Assembly: GCF_000025925.1 (NCBI RefSeq) | Contig: NC_014033.1 | Location: 630,001 to 662,000, forward strand | Origin: Xylanibacter ruminicola 23 | GTDB taxonomy: Bacteria; Bacteroidota; Bacteroidia; Bacteroidales; Bacteroidaceae | DNA length: 32,000 nucleotides | Direction of reading: 5' to 3' | The notes under the pieces: model-generated | Told to the model about the DNA's origin: nothing | What the model saw: only the letters and a program-made list of their open reading frames with translations | The model's database searches: none | Made by a program: the position numbers and the translations under genes | Shown: in pieces, positions 8,360 to 16,155 of the stretch | Position numbering within the stretch: position 1 is the stretch's first letter | Layout of the letters: each line of letters starts with the position of its first letter

Positions 8360-8362
8360 GAA

Positions 8363-9346
8363 ATGGAGTTTAGTGAGGAACAGCTTAAAAAACTGTCAGT
8401 TCTATTTGAGGAAAAAGTTGAAAAAGAGCTAACAATCGAAGAGGTTCGAAAGTTTGTTCAGTTGGATACAATTGACGATTGCAAACAGTATTTACGGGTG
8501 ATGCTTGATTTCTTCTTCGAAGTCTTCAAATCACCAGAAGGGCGCAAAGCCATGTCATCTCTCGAAAATGAAAGAAACATTTGGCTTCAAACAATCTTTA
8601 GTAAGAGTTGCCATTTCCTATATTTGTTAGATGGTGTGGGGTATAATAATGGTTCCAACCATCTCAATCCTATTATAGACCCATCTGTATTGTTTACTAT
8701 TGCAAGAAGGATATATGAGTCAGTAATTGCTTTTGAGCTATTATTTGTCATCCCAAGCACAGAAGACGAACAAACAATTCTTTATAATCTTTTCATGGCT
8801 CAAGGACTAACAGAGAGATTAAATGATTTTGACGAAGAAATGCGTAGCCACAATCCCCAAAGAGTTGCAGAAGAACAGCAGAACATTGATAACTGCATGA
8901 ATGAGATAGAAAAAACGGAACTCTATTCGAACCTCAGTCAACAGACAAAGAATCAAATAAAAAATGCTTTTGGTATAAGATACCGATATGTGTTTGAGGA
9001 AGACAACACTATGAAACGAGTCAGTTTCGAAGATGCATATAAATATCTTCGAATCAAAAAGGATCTTCTCAAAAACACTTATTCATTCTTCAGTCTTCAT
9101 GGCCATCCATCATATTTGGCACTTATTCAATTTCATGATGCTTTCAAAAGAGAAAGTCGGGCAGATTTAACAATTATGGCTCCACATGCGACTCAATGTG
9201 TCCTGGCATTTATGAGCATTTTCATAGTAGATTATATGAAACTGGTTCCTGAGATTAAAGCCATGTATGATAAACTTGAAGAGCCAAGACGATTTGCAAT
9301 TGGCATGTACGAGGATGCAATGAAAGGTGAGAAGAAGTTTCAATAA
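8363..9346 (+). CDS. hypothetical 327-aa protein, coupled to the AlbA_2 gene
   Basis: The ATG lies 3 nt after the upstream stop. The ORF is AT-rich and uninterrupted. I recognise no catalytic or HEPN-type Rx4-6H motif. Confidence 0.65.
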   Translation: MEFSEEQLKKLSVLFEEKVEKELTIEEVRKFVQLDTIDDCKQYLRVMLDFFFEVFKSPEGRKAMSSLENERNIWLQTIFSKSCHFLYLLDGVGYNNGSNHLNPIIDPSVLFTIARRIYESVIAFELLFVIPSTEDEQTILYNLFMAQGLTERLNDFDEEMRSHNPQRVAEEQQNIDNCMNEIEKTELYSNLSQQTKNQIKNAFGIRYRYVFEEDNTMKRVSFEDAYKYLRIKKDLLKNTYSFFSLHGHPSYLALIQFHDAFKRESRADLTIMAPHATQCVLAFMSIFIVDYMKLVPEIKAMYDKLEEPRRFAIGMYEDAMKGEKKFQ

Positions 9347-9438
9347 AGAAATGATTCTCTGTGCAAGTATGCGAATATTTTTGGAAGTATCCATATTATA
9401 GTTTGATTGTTAGCTAATCTTGGTGGTATCTAATCTCC

Positions 9439-9493
9439 AAATTTGATGGAACAATTTAAAAATGTTCCATCAATGTTCCATCAAAATTTGATG
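9439..9493. repeat. compound direct/inverted repeat at the island-core junction
   Basis: AAATTTGATG occurs at 9439-9448 and 9484-9493. TTGATGGAACA (9443-9453) is the reverse complement of TGTTCCATCAA, which occurs twice in tandem (9463-9473 and 9473-9483). A third ATTTGATGT lies at 9675-9683, on the other side of the tRNA. Confidence 0.7.
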
Positions 9494-9494
9494 T

Positions 9495-9540
9495 GTTTGA
9501 AAACAGAAATCCCTGCAAGTGCTTGACTTACAGGGATTTG
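9495..9540 (-). terminator. intrinsic terminator after tRNA-His (possibly bidirectional)
   Basis: There is a 9-bp stem, AAATCCCTG (9507-9515) with CAGGGATTT (9531-9539), plus inner CAAG/CTTG pairing. On the minus strand it is followed by CTGTTTTC, and on the plus strand by GTTTT. Confidence 0.6.
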
Positions 9541-9548
9541 TTTTGGAG

Positions 9549-9623
9549 GGTGCCCGGTGGGACTCGAACCCACGACATTCAGAACCACAATCTGACGCTC
9601 TAACCAACTGAACTACGGGCACC
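9549..9623 (-). tRNA. tRNA-His (anticodon GUG) with genome-encoded G-1; no encoded CCA
   Basis: The reverse complement folds as G-1 / GUGCCCG / UA / GUUC-AGUUGGUUA-GAGC / G / UCAGA-UUGUGGU-UCUGA / AUGUC / GUGGG-UUCGAGU-CCCAC / CGGGCAC / C73. The anticodon loop UUGUGGU gives GUG. An extra 5' G opposite C73 is the bacterial tRNA-His hallmark. Confidence 0.93.
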
Positions 9624-9641
9624 ATTTCTGAATTGCGGGTG

Positions 9642-9649
9642 CAAAGGTA
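9642..9649 (-). promoter_or_regulatory. -7 promoter motif TACCTTTG (minus strand) for tRNA-His
   Basis: The plus strand reads CAAAGGTA, 19 nt upstream of the tRNA 5' end. Confidence 0.45.
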
Positions 9650-9776
9650 CGGAGTTTTTTTTAATCTACCAAACATTTGATGTAGTTTTTTATAAAAATT
9701 TAGTTTTTGGTTAAAAATGTATAACAAAGAGAGGCCGCTCGCGCGCGTTTCAATTATTCTTTGTAATTTTGCAGCC

Positions 9777-10562
9777 GTGAAGATAAAAGAAGTGCTGAGC
9801 GCCCTTGAACGTTTCGCGCCTCTGCCCTTGCAGGAAAGTTGGGATAATGCTGGCTTGCAACTGGGACTGACAGAGACGGAGGTTTCAGGGGCATTATTGT
9901 GTCTGGACGTGAACGAACGTATCGTTGACGAGGCTATGGCGAAGGGTTGCAATCTGATTGTAAGCCACCATCCGCTGTTGTTTCGTGGTTTGAAAACCAT
10001 CAGCGATCTGACCGACGTTCAGCGCACCGTGATGCGTGCTATTAAGCAGGGCATAGCGGTGGTATCGATGCACACCAATATGGATAATGCCCGTGGCGGC
10101 GTGAACTTTAAGATAGCCCAGAAGCTGGGTCTGCAGAATGTGGCGTTTTTCGCGCAGAAGCAGGTTGACGGCATTGAGGCTGGCAGTGGGGTAGTGGGCG
10201 AGTTGCCCGAAGCTATGGCTGCCGACGACTTTATTATTGGTGTGAAGAATGCCTTTGGTGTGGAGTGTGCGATGTGCAACGAGTTGCTGCGCCGCCCCAT
10301 TAAGCGCGTGGCTATCTGCGGTGGTGCGGGCGATTTCCTGCTCGACGAGGCCATTAAGAATCAGGCCGATGCATTTATTACTGGCGAGATGCACTACCAT
10401 CAGTACTTTGGCTATGAGCAGCAGATACAGATTTGCGTGATAGGTCACTATCAGAGCGAACAGTACACTGCCGAAATCTTTGAGGAGATTATCCAGAAGG
10501 AGTGCCCCGGCGTAAAAACCTGCATAGCCGAAACATGTACGAATCCAATATTGTATATTTAA
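9777..10562 (+). CDS. Nif3-like dinuclear metal centre protein (YbgI / GTP cyclohydrolase 1 type 2 family)
   Basis: (V/M)KIKEVLSALERFAPLPLQESWDNAGLQLG...VSHHPLLF is the canonical Nif3 N-terminus. I place the start at GTG 9777 rather than the upstream ATG 9717, whose 20 extra residues look non-native. A TAATTTTG motif at 9764-9771 is only 5 nt from the GTG, so the start and promoter remain uncertain. Confidence 0.85.
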   Translation: MKIKEVLSALERFAPLPLQESWDNAGLQLGLTETEVSGALLCLDVNERIVDEAMAKGCNLIVSHHPLLFRGLKTISDLTDVQRTVMRAIKQGIAVVSMHTNMDNARGGVNFKIAQKLGLQNVAFFAQKQVDGIEAGSGVVGELPEAMAADDFIIGVKNAFGVECAMCNELLRRPIKRVAICGGAGDFLLDEAIKNQADAFITGEMHYHQYFGYEQQIQICVIGHYQSEQYTAEIFEEIIQKECPGVKTCIAETCTNPILYI

Positions 10563-10578
10563 ATAAATTAGTAGAATT

Positions 10579-11436
10579 ATGGCAAAGAAAGATCCATCAG
10601 AACTGTCAGTTGAAGAGCGCCTGAAGACGCTGTATCAGTTGCAGACCGCCCTCTCGGCTATCGACGAGAAGCGTATGTTGCGCGGTGAGCTGCCCCTGGA
10701 AGTACAAGACCTGGAAGACGAGATTGAGGGTTTGACCACTCGTGTTGAGAAGATTGCAAACGAGATTGCGGACTACCAGAGAGCTATCAGCCAGAAGAAG
10801 GGCGAGATTGCCGATGCCGAGGCCAGCGTAGAGCGCTATAAAGCTCAGCTGGATGAGGTTAAGAACAACCGTGAATACGACACACTCTCGAAGGAGATTG
10901 AGTTCCAGACACTGGAAATTGAACTGTGTAATAAGAAGATTCGCGAGGCTAACAACAAGATTGCCGACAAGCAGCGTGAGCAGGAAAGCAGCGAGGCCCT
11001 GATTGCAGAGCGCCAGAGCGACCTGGAGGTTAAGAAGAACGAGCTTGAGGAGATTATGGAAGAGACTCGCGTAGAGGAGGAGAAGCTGAAGGAGCAGGTT
11101 AAGACACTCGAGGCTAAGATCGAGGGCCGTTTGCTTACTTCGTTCAAGCGCATCCGTAGAAACGCTCGCAACGGTCTGGGTATCGTTTATGTACAGCGTG
11201 ATGCCTGCGGTGGTTGCTTTAACAAGATTCCACCCCAGCGCCAGTTGGATATCAAGATGCACAAGAAGATTATTGTTTGCGAGTACTGCGGACGTATCAT
11301 GATCGACCCAGAGCTGGCAGGCGTTAAGATCGACAAGGCAACAGGTGCTACCGAGGAGAAGAAGGGTCGTGCAAAGCGCTCTATCCGCAAGACTTCGACC
11401 TCGAAGAAGTCGACCGATGCCAACGATATGGAATAA
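10579..11436 (+). CDS. coiled-coil protein with C-terminal C4 zinc ribbon (COG1579 family, usual Nif3 neighbour)
   Basis: A long E/K-rich coiled coil is followed by CGGC...x...CEYCG. The C-terminal tail is basic. Conserved adjacency to Nif3 is established knowledge. Confidence 0.8.
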   Translation: MAKKDPSELSVEERLKTLYQLQTALSAIDEKRMLRGELPLEVQDLEDEIEGLTTRVEKIANEIADYQRAISQKKGEIADAEASVERYKAQLDEVKNNREYDTLSKEIEFQTLEIELCNKKIREANNKIADKQREQESSEALIAERQSDLEVKKNELEEIMEETRVEEEKLKEQVKTLEAKIEGRLLTSFKRIRRNARNGLGIVYVQRDACGGCFNKIPPQRQLDIKMHKKIIVCEYCGRIMIDPELAGVKIDKATGATEEKKGRAKRSIRKTSTSKKSTDANDME

Positions 11437-11445
11437 TCGGAAATG

Positions 11446-11895
11446 TTATAAATTCTGATAGTCGGGGATATCCTCTAAAAAGTAATATTTTTGGTTGGCA
11501 TAATCCATCTTACAGCAAATGTGCTGCATGCCGTTGCTAACTATCAGATAATCTACCTTCAGCAAAAGATTGTAAGCCGATATTTGGTTGAACGTCTTTT
11601 GCTGAAGTTTTATTTGTGGGGCTTTGTACTCGATAATCATCTGTGGGGCTGCCACCTTATTATATAATACGGTATCGCAACGCAGACGCTTCTCGCCCAC
11701 GCTCAGTTCAATCTCGTTGCCCATCAGTCCGGCTGGGTAACCCTTGTGTTCAACCAGATAATGCACAAAATGCTGGCGAACCCACTCCTCGGGTGTCAGC
11801 GCTACGTATTTTCGGCGTAAAAAGTCGAAAATTACCTGTTTATTGCCCTGCTGGGCTATTTTTATTTCGTATGTAGGGAGGTTTAATCGAAACAT
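11446..11895 (-). CDS. type I restriction enzyme HsdR N-terminal domain-containing protein (stand-alone PD-(D/E)xK-like, 149 aa)
   Basis: MFRLNLPTYEIK...FDFLRRKYVALTPEEWVRQHF...CDTVLY...IIEYKAP resembles the HSDR_N_2 family. I chose ATG 11895 (residue 62 of the track ORF) because the longer ORF would run into holA. Confidence 0.75.
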   Translation of the reverse strand: MFRLNLPTYEIKIAQQGNKQVIFDFLRRKYVALTPEEWVRQHFVHYLVEHKGYPAGLMGNEIELSVGEKRLRCDTVLYNKVAAPQMIIEYKAPQIKLQQKTFNQISAYNLLLKVDYLIVSNGMQHICCKMDYANQKYYFLEDIPDYQNL

Positions 11896-11900
11896 TTTTG

Positions 11901-11920
11901 TAAATTTGCAGGCAAAATTA
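11901..11920. promoter_or_regulatory. divergent promoter pair: TAAATTTG (+, 11901-11908, for holA) and TAATTTTG (-, 11913-11920, for the HsdR_N gene)
   Basis: Both match TAnnTTTG. They lie 36 nt and 18 nt upstream of their respective ATGs. Confidence 0.45.
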
Positions 11921-11943
11921 CAAATAATAAATGAAATAGCAAC

Positions 11944-12972
11944 ATGGCTGAGGCAAAAAATGTGAGTTTTGAGAGCATTATGCGCGATTTGGAGGCTGGA
12001 AAATTTGCGCCCGTCTATTATCTGATGGGCGACGAATCGTATTATATCGACAAGATTGCCGATTATATAGCCGACCATGCATTACGCCCTGAGGAACGTG
12101 ATTTTAACCAGACTGTGGTGTTCGGATCGGACGTAAATGCGTCGCAGATAGCCGACCTGGCACGCCGCTATCCTATGATGGCCGAGCGCCAGGTGGTGAT
12201 AGTAAAAGAGGCGCAGAATATTAAAAATACCGAGGCACTTGAGCGCTATTTTGCGCAGCCTATGGCCAGCACCGTTTTGGTGATGTGCCATAAGAACGGC
12301 AAGGTTGACGGTAGAAAATCGGGGTACGTGAAGGCTATCAAATCGCACGGCATACTGTTTGAGAGTATGAAACTCAAGGATAGAGAGCTGCCAGGTTTTA
12401 TTGAGAACTATCTGAAAAAACGCCAGATCAGGATTGATGCCAAATCGGTTCAGATGATAGCCGAGAATATTGGCGCCGATTTGAGTAGACTGACAGGTGA
12501 GCTGGATAAAGTGATCATTTCGTTGCCCGAAGAGAATAGGGTAGTGACCCCGCAGGTGGTTGAGGAGCAGATTGGTGTGAGCAAAGAGTTTAATGGATTT
12601 GAACTTCGCGATGCCATTGTGAACCGAAATGTTTTTAAGGCAAATCAGATAATAAAATATTTTGACGAAAATCCAAAGGCTGGTTCCATCTACTCGTTTC
12701 TCCCTTTGCTCTTTAATTACTTCCAGAATTTAATGATTGCGTTTTACGCGCCAAATAATAAGAGCCAAGAGGGCGTTGCAGAGTGGCTGGAATTCAAAAA
12801 TCCATGGCAAGCCAAGGACTATATGACGGGTATGCGAAACTACTCTGGAATGAAGGTGATGCAGATCATTTCGAAGATGCGAGAGATTGACGCCAAAAGT
12901 AAGGGTCTGGATAACCCAAATACACCTGCTGGAGAGCTTATGAAAGAACTGATTTTTTACATTTTGCACTAA
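11944..12972 (+). CDS. holA: DNA polymerase III subunit delta
   Basis: The N-terminus ...GKFAPVYYLMGDESYYIDKIADYI..., the length of 342 aa and the overall layout are typical of HolA. Confidence 0.85.
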   Translation: MAEAKNVSFESIMRDLEAGKFAPVYYLMGDESYYIDKIADYIADHALRPEERDFNQTVVFGSDVNASQIADLARRYPMMAERQVVIVKEAQNIKNTEALERYFAQPMASTVLVMCHKNGKVDGRKSGYVKAIKSHGILFESMKLKDRELPGFIENYLKKRQIRIDAKSVQMIAENIGADLSRLTGELDKVIISLPEENRVVTPQVVEEQIGVSKEFNGFELRDAIVNRNVFKANQIIKYFDENPKAGSIYSFLPLLFNYFQNLMIAFYAPNNKSQEGVAEWLEFKNPWQAKDYMTGMRNYSGMKVMQIISKMREIDAKSKGLDNPNTPAGELMKELIFYILH

Positions 12973-13002
12973 TTTAGGGCAAAATGTTATTCTAGAATTT
13001 AT

Positions 13003-13033
13003 AAAAATGGCGCTTTTGATGAGCGCCTTTTTT
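13003..13033 (+). terminator. intrinsic terminator after holA
   Basis: AAAAA-GGCGCT(13009-13014)-tttgatg-AGCGCC(13022-13027)-TTTTTT. Confidence 0.7.
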
Positions 13034-13294
13034 ATGTCTAAATGTCTGTAAAATAGGGGAGTTACGGCATTTTGTACCCTCTCAAAACTCGCGTATTTCC
13101 AGTTTTTCGACCGATGGTTCAGAATACGCGAGAAATGGCAAAATCTGGAATTTTGGAGCTTGCGGAATTTAGTGTTCACATTTATTAGGATTTAATTTCA
13201 TTGATTTAAATTCTTAAATCTGAACATCTGTTTAGGAATTTATTGGTTTATGGATGTTGATTTTAGGATTTAAAAGCTTAAATCAGATATTTGA

Positions 13295-13316
13295 ATTTAG
13301 ATATTAATATCTAAAT
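13295..13316. repeat. perfect 22-bp palindrome ATTTAGATATT|AATATCTAAAT
   Basis: Read directly. It lies inside the ~700-bp AT-rich non-coding region. Confidence 0.9.
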
Positions 13317-13686
13317 ATTGTGATTCTGTTTTGTATATTGATATTTATGCATACTAATTATTGTGCATTTAAGTGGCTAAATATCAATTAGTTATGTAAT
13401 TTATTTATAAATACCTTGCAGAAATAGTCACCTTATTAAACCGAAAGCTGCAAAAGGGGTTTTAAAAGTATAAAGTTTACGTAACTACCTTATTTATACC
13501 CAATTAGTTAGATTAAAACATTAAAATAAGCCTTTGTACAGATTTATAATCGCAAATTTAGATTTAAAAATTTAAAGCCCCGATTTATTCCTAAACGTCT
13601 TTTGATTTACAAATATAAAACTATAAACTAAAATTATAAAATCTTAAATTGTATCTACATTTGTTGTATATTTCAATTTTTTGTTT

Positions 13687-13694
13687 TACCTTTG
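13687..13694 (+). promoter_or_regulatory. -7 promoter motif TACCTTTG for the HTH gene
   Basis: TAnnTTTG match 54 nt upstream of ATG 13748. Confidence 0.45.
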
Positions 13695-13747
13695 TAAACT
13701 GAAAGAAAACAGGGCCTAATAGCCCCATTAAGCACTTAGTTACAGCA

Positions 13748-14236
13748 ATGAAAGATAGAATCAGGCAAATTATGGAGAGCCAGCACATGACTCAACAGCT
13801 CTTCGCCGACTACATCGGTCAGAGTCCAGCTACCCTTAGTAGCATCTTCAACGGTCGTACTCGTCCTACCCTAAACATCGTTGAAGCCATCAAAAAGAAA
13901 ATTCCTAACATCAATACCGATTGGTTGATGTTTGGTTCGGGTGACATGTATCTGCCCCAAAACACTCCCGATCAGGATCTGTTTTCGGAGGCTGAAGGTA
14001 CCCCTGGTACCCACCCTATCGAGCAAAATCTGATGTTGAATTTTGATGATGCACCTGTACAAGCCCCCCAAAATGTGGCTCAGCAGCCCCAAAATTATAA
14101 TAGTGTACGTAATACACACCAAGAAATCGTTCGCGAGGAGGTAAAATTCATTGACAAACCGCAGCGTAAGGTTATCGAGATTCGTGTGTTTTACGATGAT
14201 CAGACATGGGATACTTTTGTACCTGCGAAGAAATAA
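13748..14236 (+). CDS. XRE-type helix-turn-helix domain protein (162 aa)
   Basis: MTQQLFADYIGQSPATLSSIFNGRTRPTLNIVEAI is a classic HTH_3 pattern. The middle of the protein is P/Q-rich. Confidence 0.8.
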   Translation: MKDRIRQIMESQHMTQQLFADYIGQSPATLSSIFNGRTRPTLNIVEAIKKKIPNINTDWLMFGSGDMYLPQNTPDQDLFSEAEGTPGTHPIEQNLMLNFDDAPVQAPQNVAQQPQNYNSVRNTHQEIVREEVKFIDKPQRKVIEIRVFYDDQTWDTFVPAKK

Positions 14237-14262
14237 AGTTTTGTGGTTTCAAAAAATAATAG

Positions 14263-14270
14263 TACCTTTG
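14263..14270 (+). promoter_or_regulatory. -7 promoter motif TACCTTTG for pyrK-pyrD
   Basis: TAnnTTTG match 24 nt upstream of ATG 14294. Confidence 0.45.
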
Positions 14271-14293
14271 TACCCGAATTAAAAATTTGAAGT

Positions 14294-15067
14294 ATGAAGA
14301 AGTATATACTTGACCTCAAGGTGAAGCAGGTAGAGCAGATCCATCAGCGTTATGTACTTATAAAACTAACTGATGATAAACCTCTGCCCGATATGCTGCC
14401 CGGTCAGTTTGTCGAGGTGCGTGTAGATGGTTCAACATCTACCTTTTTACGCCGCCCCATTTCCATTAACTTTGTTGATCGCAACGCCAACGAGCTTTGG
14501 CTGTTAGTAGCTACCGTTGGCGACGGAACCCGAACATTAGCTAAACTGCAACCTGGTGACACGCTTAACTGTGTGCTGCCATTAGGCAACGGCTTTACTG
14601 CTGCCAAGGCTGGCGAAAAGGTGCTGCTGGTTGGTGGTGGCGTAGGTGTGGCCCCCCTGCTGTATATGGGTGCCGAGATGAAGCGCCAGGGTATTGAGCC
14701 TACATTCCTGTTAGGAGCGCGTACGGCTAACGACCTGCTGATGCTGCCTATATTTAATATGTTCGGGCGCGTGTACGTAACAACCGAGGACGGATCGATG
14801 GGCGAGAAGGGCTTTGTAACTAATCACTCGCTGCTGAACGAGGAGCGTTTCGACCGTATCAGTACCTGTGGCCCTACGCCGATGATGAAGGCTGTGGCTC
14901 GTTATGCCCGTCAGAATAGCATCGACTGTGAGGCCTCGTTAGAGAACCTGATGGCTTGCGGACTGGGTGCTTGCTTGTGCTGCGTAGAGAAGACTACCGA
15001 GGGCAATTTGTGTGTTTGTAAGGATGGACCCGTGTTTAATATTAAGAAACTGTTATGGCAAGACTAA
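14294..15067 (+). CDS. pyrK: dihydroorotate dehydrogenase (class 1B) electron-transfer subunit
   Basis: FLRRPIS is an FAD-binding-like motif. GGGVGVAPL is present. The C-terminal cluster CGxGxCxxC...C is consistent with 2Fe-2S ligands. The gene overlaps pyrD by 13 nt. Confidence 0.9.
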   Translation: MKKYILDLKVKQVEQIHQRYVLIKLTDDKPLPDMLPGQFVEVRVDGSTSTFLRRPISINFVDRNANELWLLVATVGDGTRTLAKLQPGDTLNCVLPLGNGFTAAKAGEKVLLVGGGVGVAPLLYMGAEMKRQGIEPTFLLGARTANDLLMLPIFNMFGRVYVTTEDGSMGEKGFVTNHSLLNEERFDRISTCGPTPMMKAVARYARQNSIDCEASLENLMACGLGACLCCVEKTTEGNLCVCKDGPVFNIKKLLWQD

Positions 15068-15960
15068 ATGTAAAGATTGCTGACTTGGAGCTGAAGAACC
15101 CTGTGATGACTGCATCGGGTACTTTTGGCTACGGATTGGAGTTTGCCGACCTGATGCCTCTGGATGGTATCGGTGGTATTATTGTGAAGGGAACCACCCT
15201 GAATCCACGTGAGGGAAACGACTATCCACGTATGGCCGAAACAGCCAGCGGGATGCTGAACTGCGTAGGACTGCAGAATAAAGGCGTAGATTACTTCTGT
15301 GAGCACATTTATCCGCAGATTAAGGATATAGATACCAATATGATTGTAAACGTGAGCGGATCGAGTCCTGAGGATTATGCTGAGTGTGCTGCCCGTATCG
15401 ATGCATTAGAGAATATCCCTGCCATCGAGCTGAATATCTCGTGTCCTAACGTAAAGGATGGAGGTATGGCTTTTGGTGTTACCTGTGCTGGTGCTGCCAG
15501 CGTGGTAAAGGCTGTGCGCCAGCGTTACCACAAAACGCTGATAGTAAAGCTGAGTCCTAATGTAACTGATATAGCTGAGATTGCGCGAGCTGTAGAGGCT
15601 GAGGGTGCTGATAGCGTATCGCTGATTAATACGCTGATGGGTATGGCTATTGATATCGAGAAGCGCAAAACGCTGTTGAGCATTAATACAGGCGGATTGA
15701 GTGGCCCTTGTGTAAAGCCTGTGGCGCTGCGTATGGTATGGCAGGTGGCTAAGGCCGTTAAGATACCTGTAATAGGCTTAGGAGGCATTAGTTGTGCCAA
15801 GGATGCCATCGAGTTCCTGATGGCTGGTGCAACGGCCATCGAGATAGGTACAGCCAACTTCCTGGATCCGGCAGTAAGTATCAAGGTGAGGGACGGCATT
15901 AACGAGTGGCTTGATGCACACGGCTGTAAGGATGTTAGCGAAATCATAGGGGTTATTTAA
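15055..15960 (+). CDS. pyrD: dihydroorotate dehydrogenase B catalytic subunit
   Basis: [13 protein letters not shown]...ELNISCPNV...GGLSGP...IGLGGI are canonical class 1 DHODH motifs. Confidence 0.92.
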   Translation: MARLNVKIADLELKNPVMTASGTFGYGLEFADLMPLDGIGGIIVKGTTLNPREGNDYPRMAETASGMLNCVGLQNKGVDYFCEHIYPQIKDIDTNMIVNVSGSSPEDYAECAARIDALENIPAIELNISCPNVKDGGMAFGVTCAGAASVVKAVRQRYHKTLIVKLSPNVTDIAEIARAVEAEGADSVSLINTLMGMAIDIEKRKTLLSINTGGLSGPCVKPVALRMVWQVAKAVKIPVIGLGGISCAKDAIEFLMAGATAIEIGTANFLDPAVSIKVRDGINEWLDAHGCKDVSEIIGVI

Positions 15961-15970
15961 CCCCTTTTTT
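15949..15970 (+). terminator. intrinsic terminator overlapping the pyrD stop
   Basis: GGGGTT-ATTT-AACCCC followed by TTTTTT (15965-15970). Confidence 0.65.
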
Positions 15971-15980
15971 GTGCCGTATA

Positions 15981-16017
15981 GATAAAAATTTGGGGGCTAC
16001 CAATCGGCAGCCCCCAA
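15981..16017 (-). terminator. minus-strand intrinsic terminator downstream of aroC
   Basis: There is a 9-bp stem, TTGGGGGCT (15990-15998) with AGCCCCCAA (16009-16017), followed on the minus strand by ATTTTTATC. Confidence 0.6.
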
Positions 16018-16155
16018 CCAACACAAAAACTAAACTAGACTTAACTAAAGCAATTCCGGGGTTTTCCCAAATCCCTGATTGCGGTGCAAAGATACGCATA
16101 GTTTTTGAAACTACCAAATCTTTTTTGCATTTTTTTGCAATCGGGGTGTCCTTTT

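Noticed and set aside
9717-9776. ATG 9717 as the Nif3 start
   Set aside because: The canonical Nif3 N-terminus (xKIKEVLSALERFAP) begins at GTG 9777, and the 20 upstream residues look non-native. I kept it as an alternative because a GTG only 5 nt after a promoter motif is also awkward.
9470-10000. 176-aa minus-strand ORF
   Set aside because: It runs through the tRNA-His gene, its promoter and terminator, and the antisense strand of Nif3. It has no motifs.
10606-11262. 218-aa and 108-aa minus-strand ORFs inside the zinc-ribbon/coiled-coil gene
   Set aside because: They are antisense to a biased coiled-coil coding sequence. The L/Q-rich product is typical of such shadow ORFs.
11896-12078. Extended start (12078) for the HsdR_N ORF
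   Set aside because: It would overlap holA by 135 nt on the opposite strand and cross the divergent promoter region. The family-like sequence starts at MFRLNLP (ATG 11895).
12730-13179. 149-aa minus-strand ORF
   Set aside because: It is antisense to the holA 3' end and crosses the holA terminator. It has no motifs.
13034-13747. Replication origin (oriC) in the AT-rich region
   Set aside because: I found no TTATCCACA-type DnaA boxes, and neither dnaA nor dnaN is nearby.
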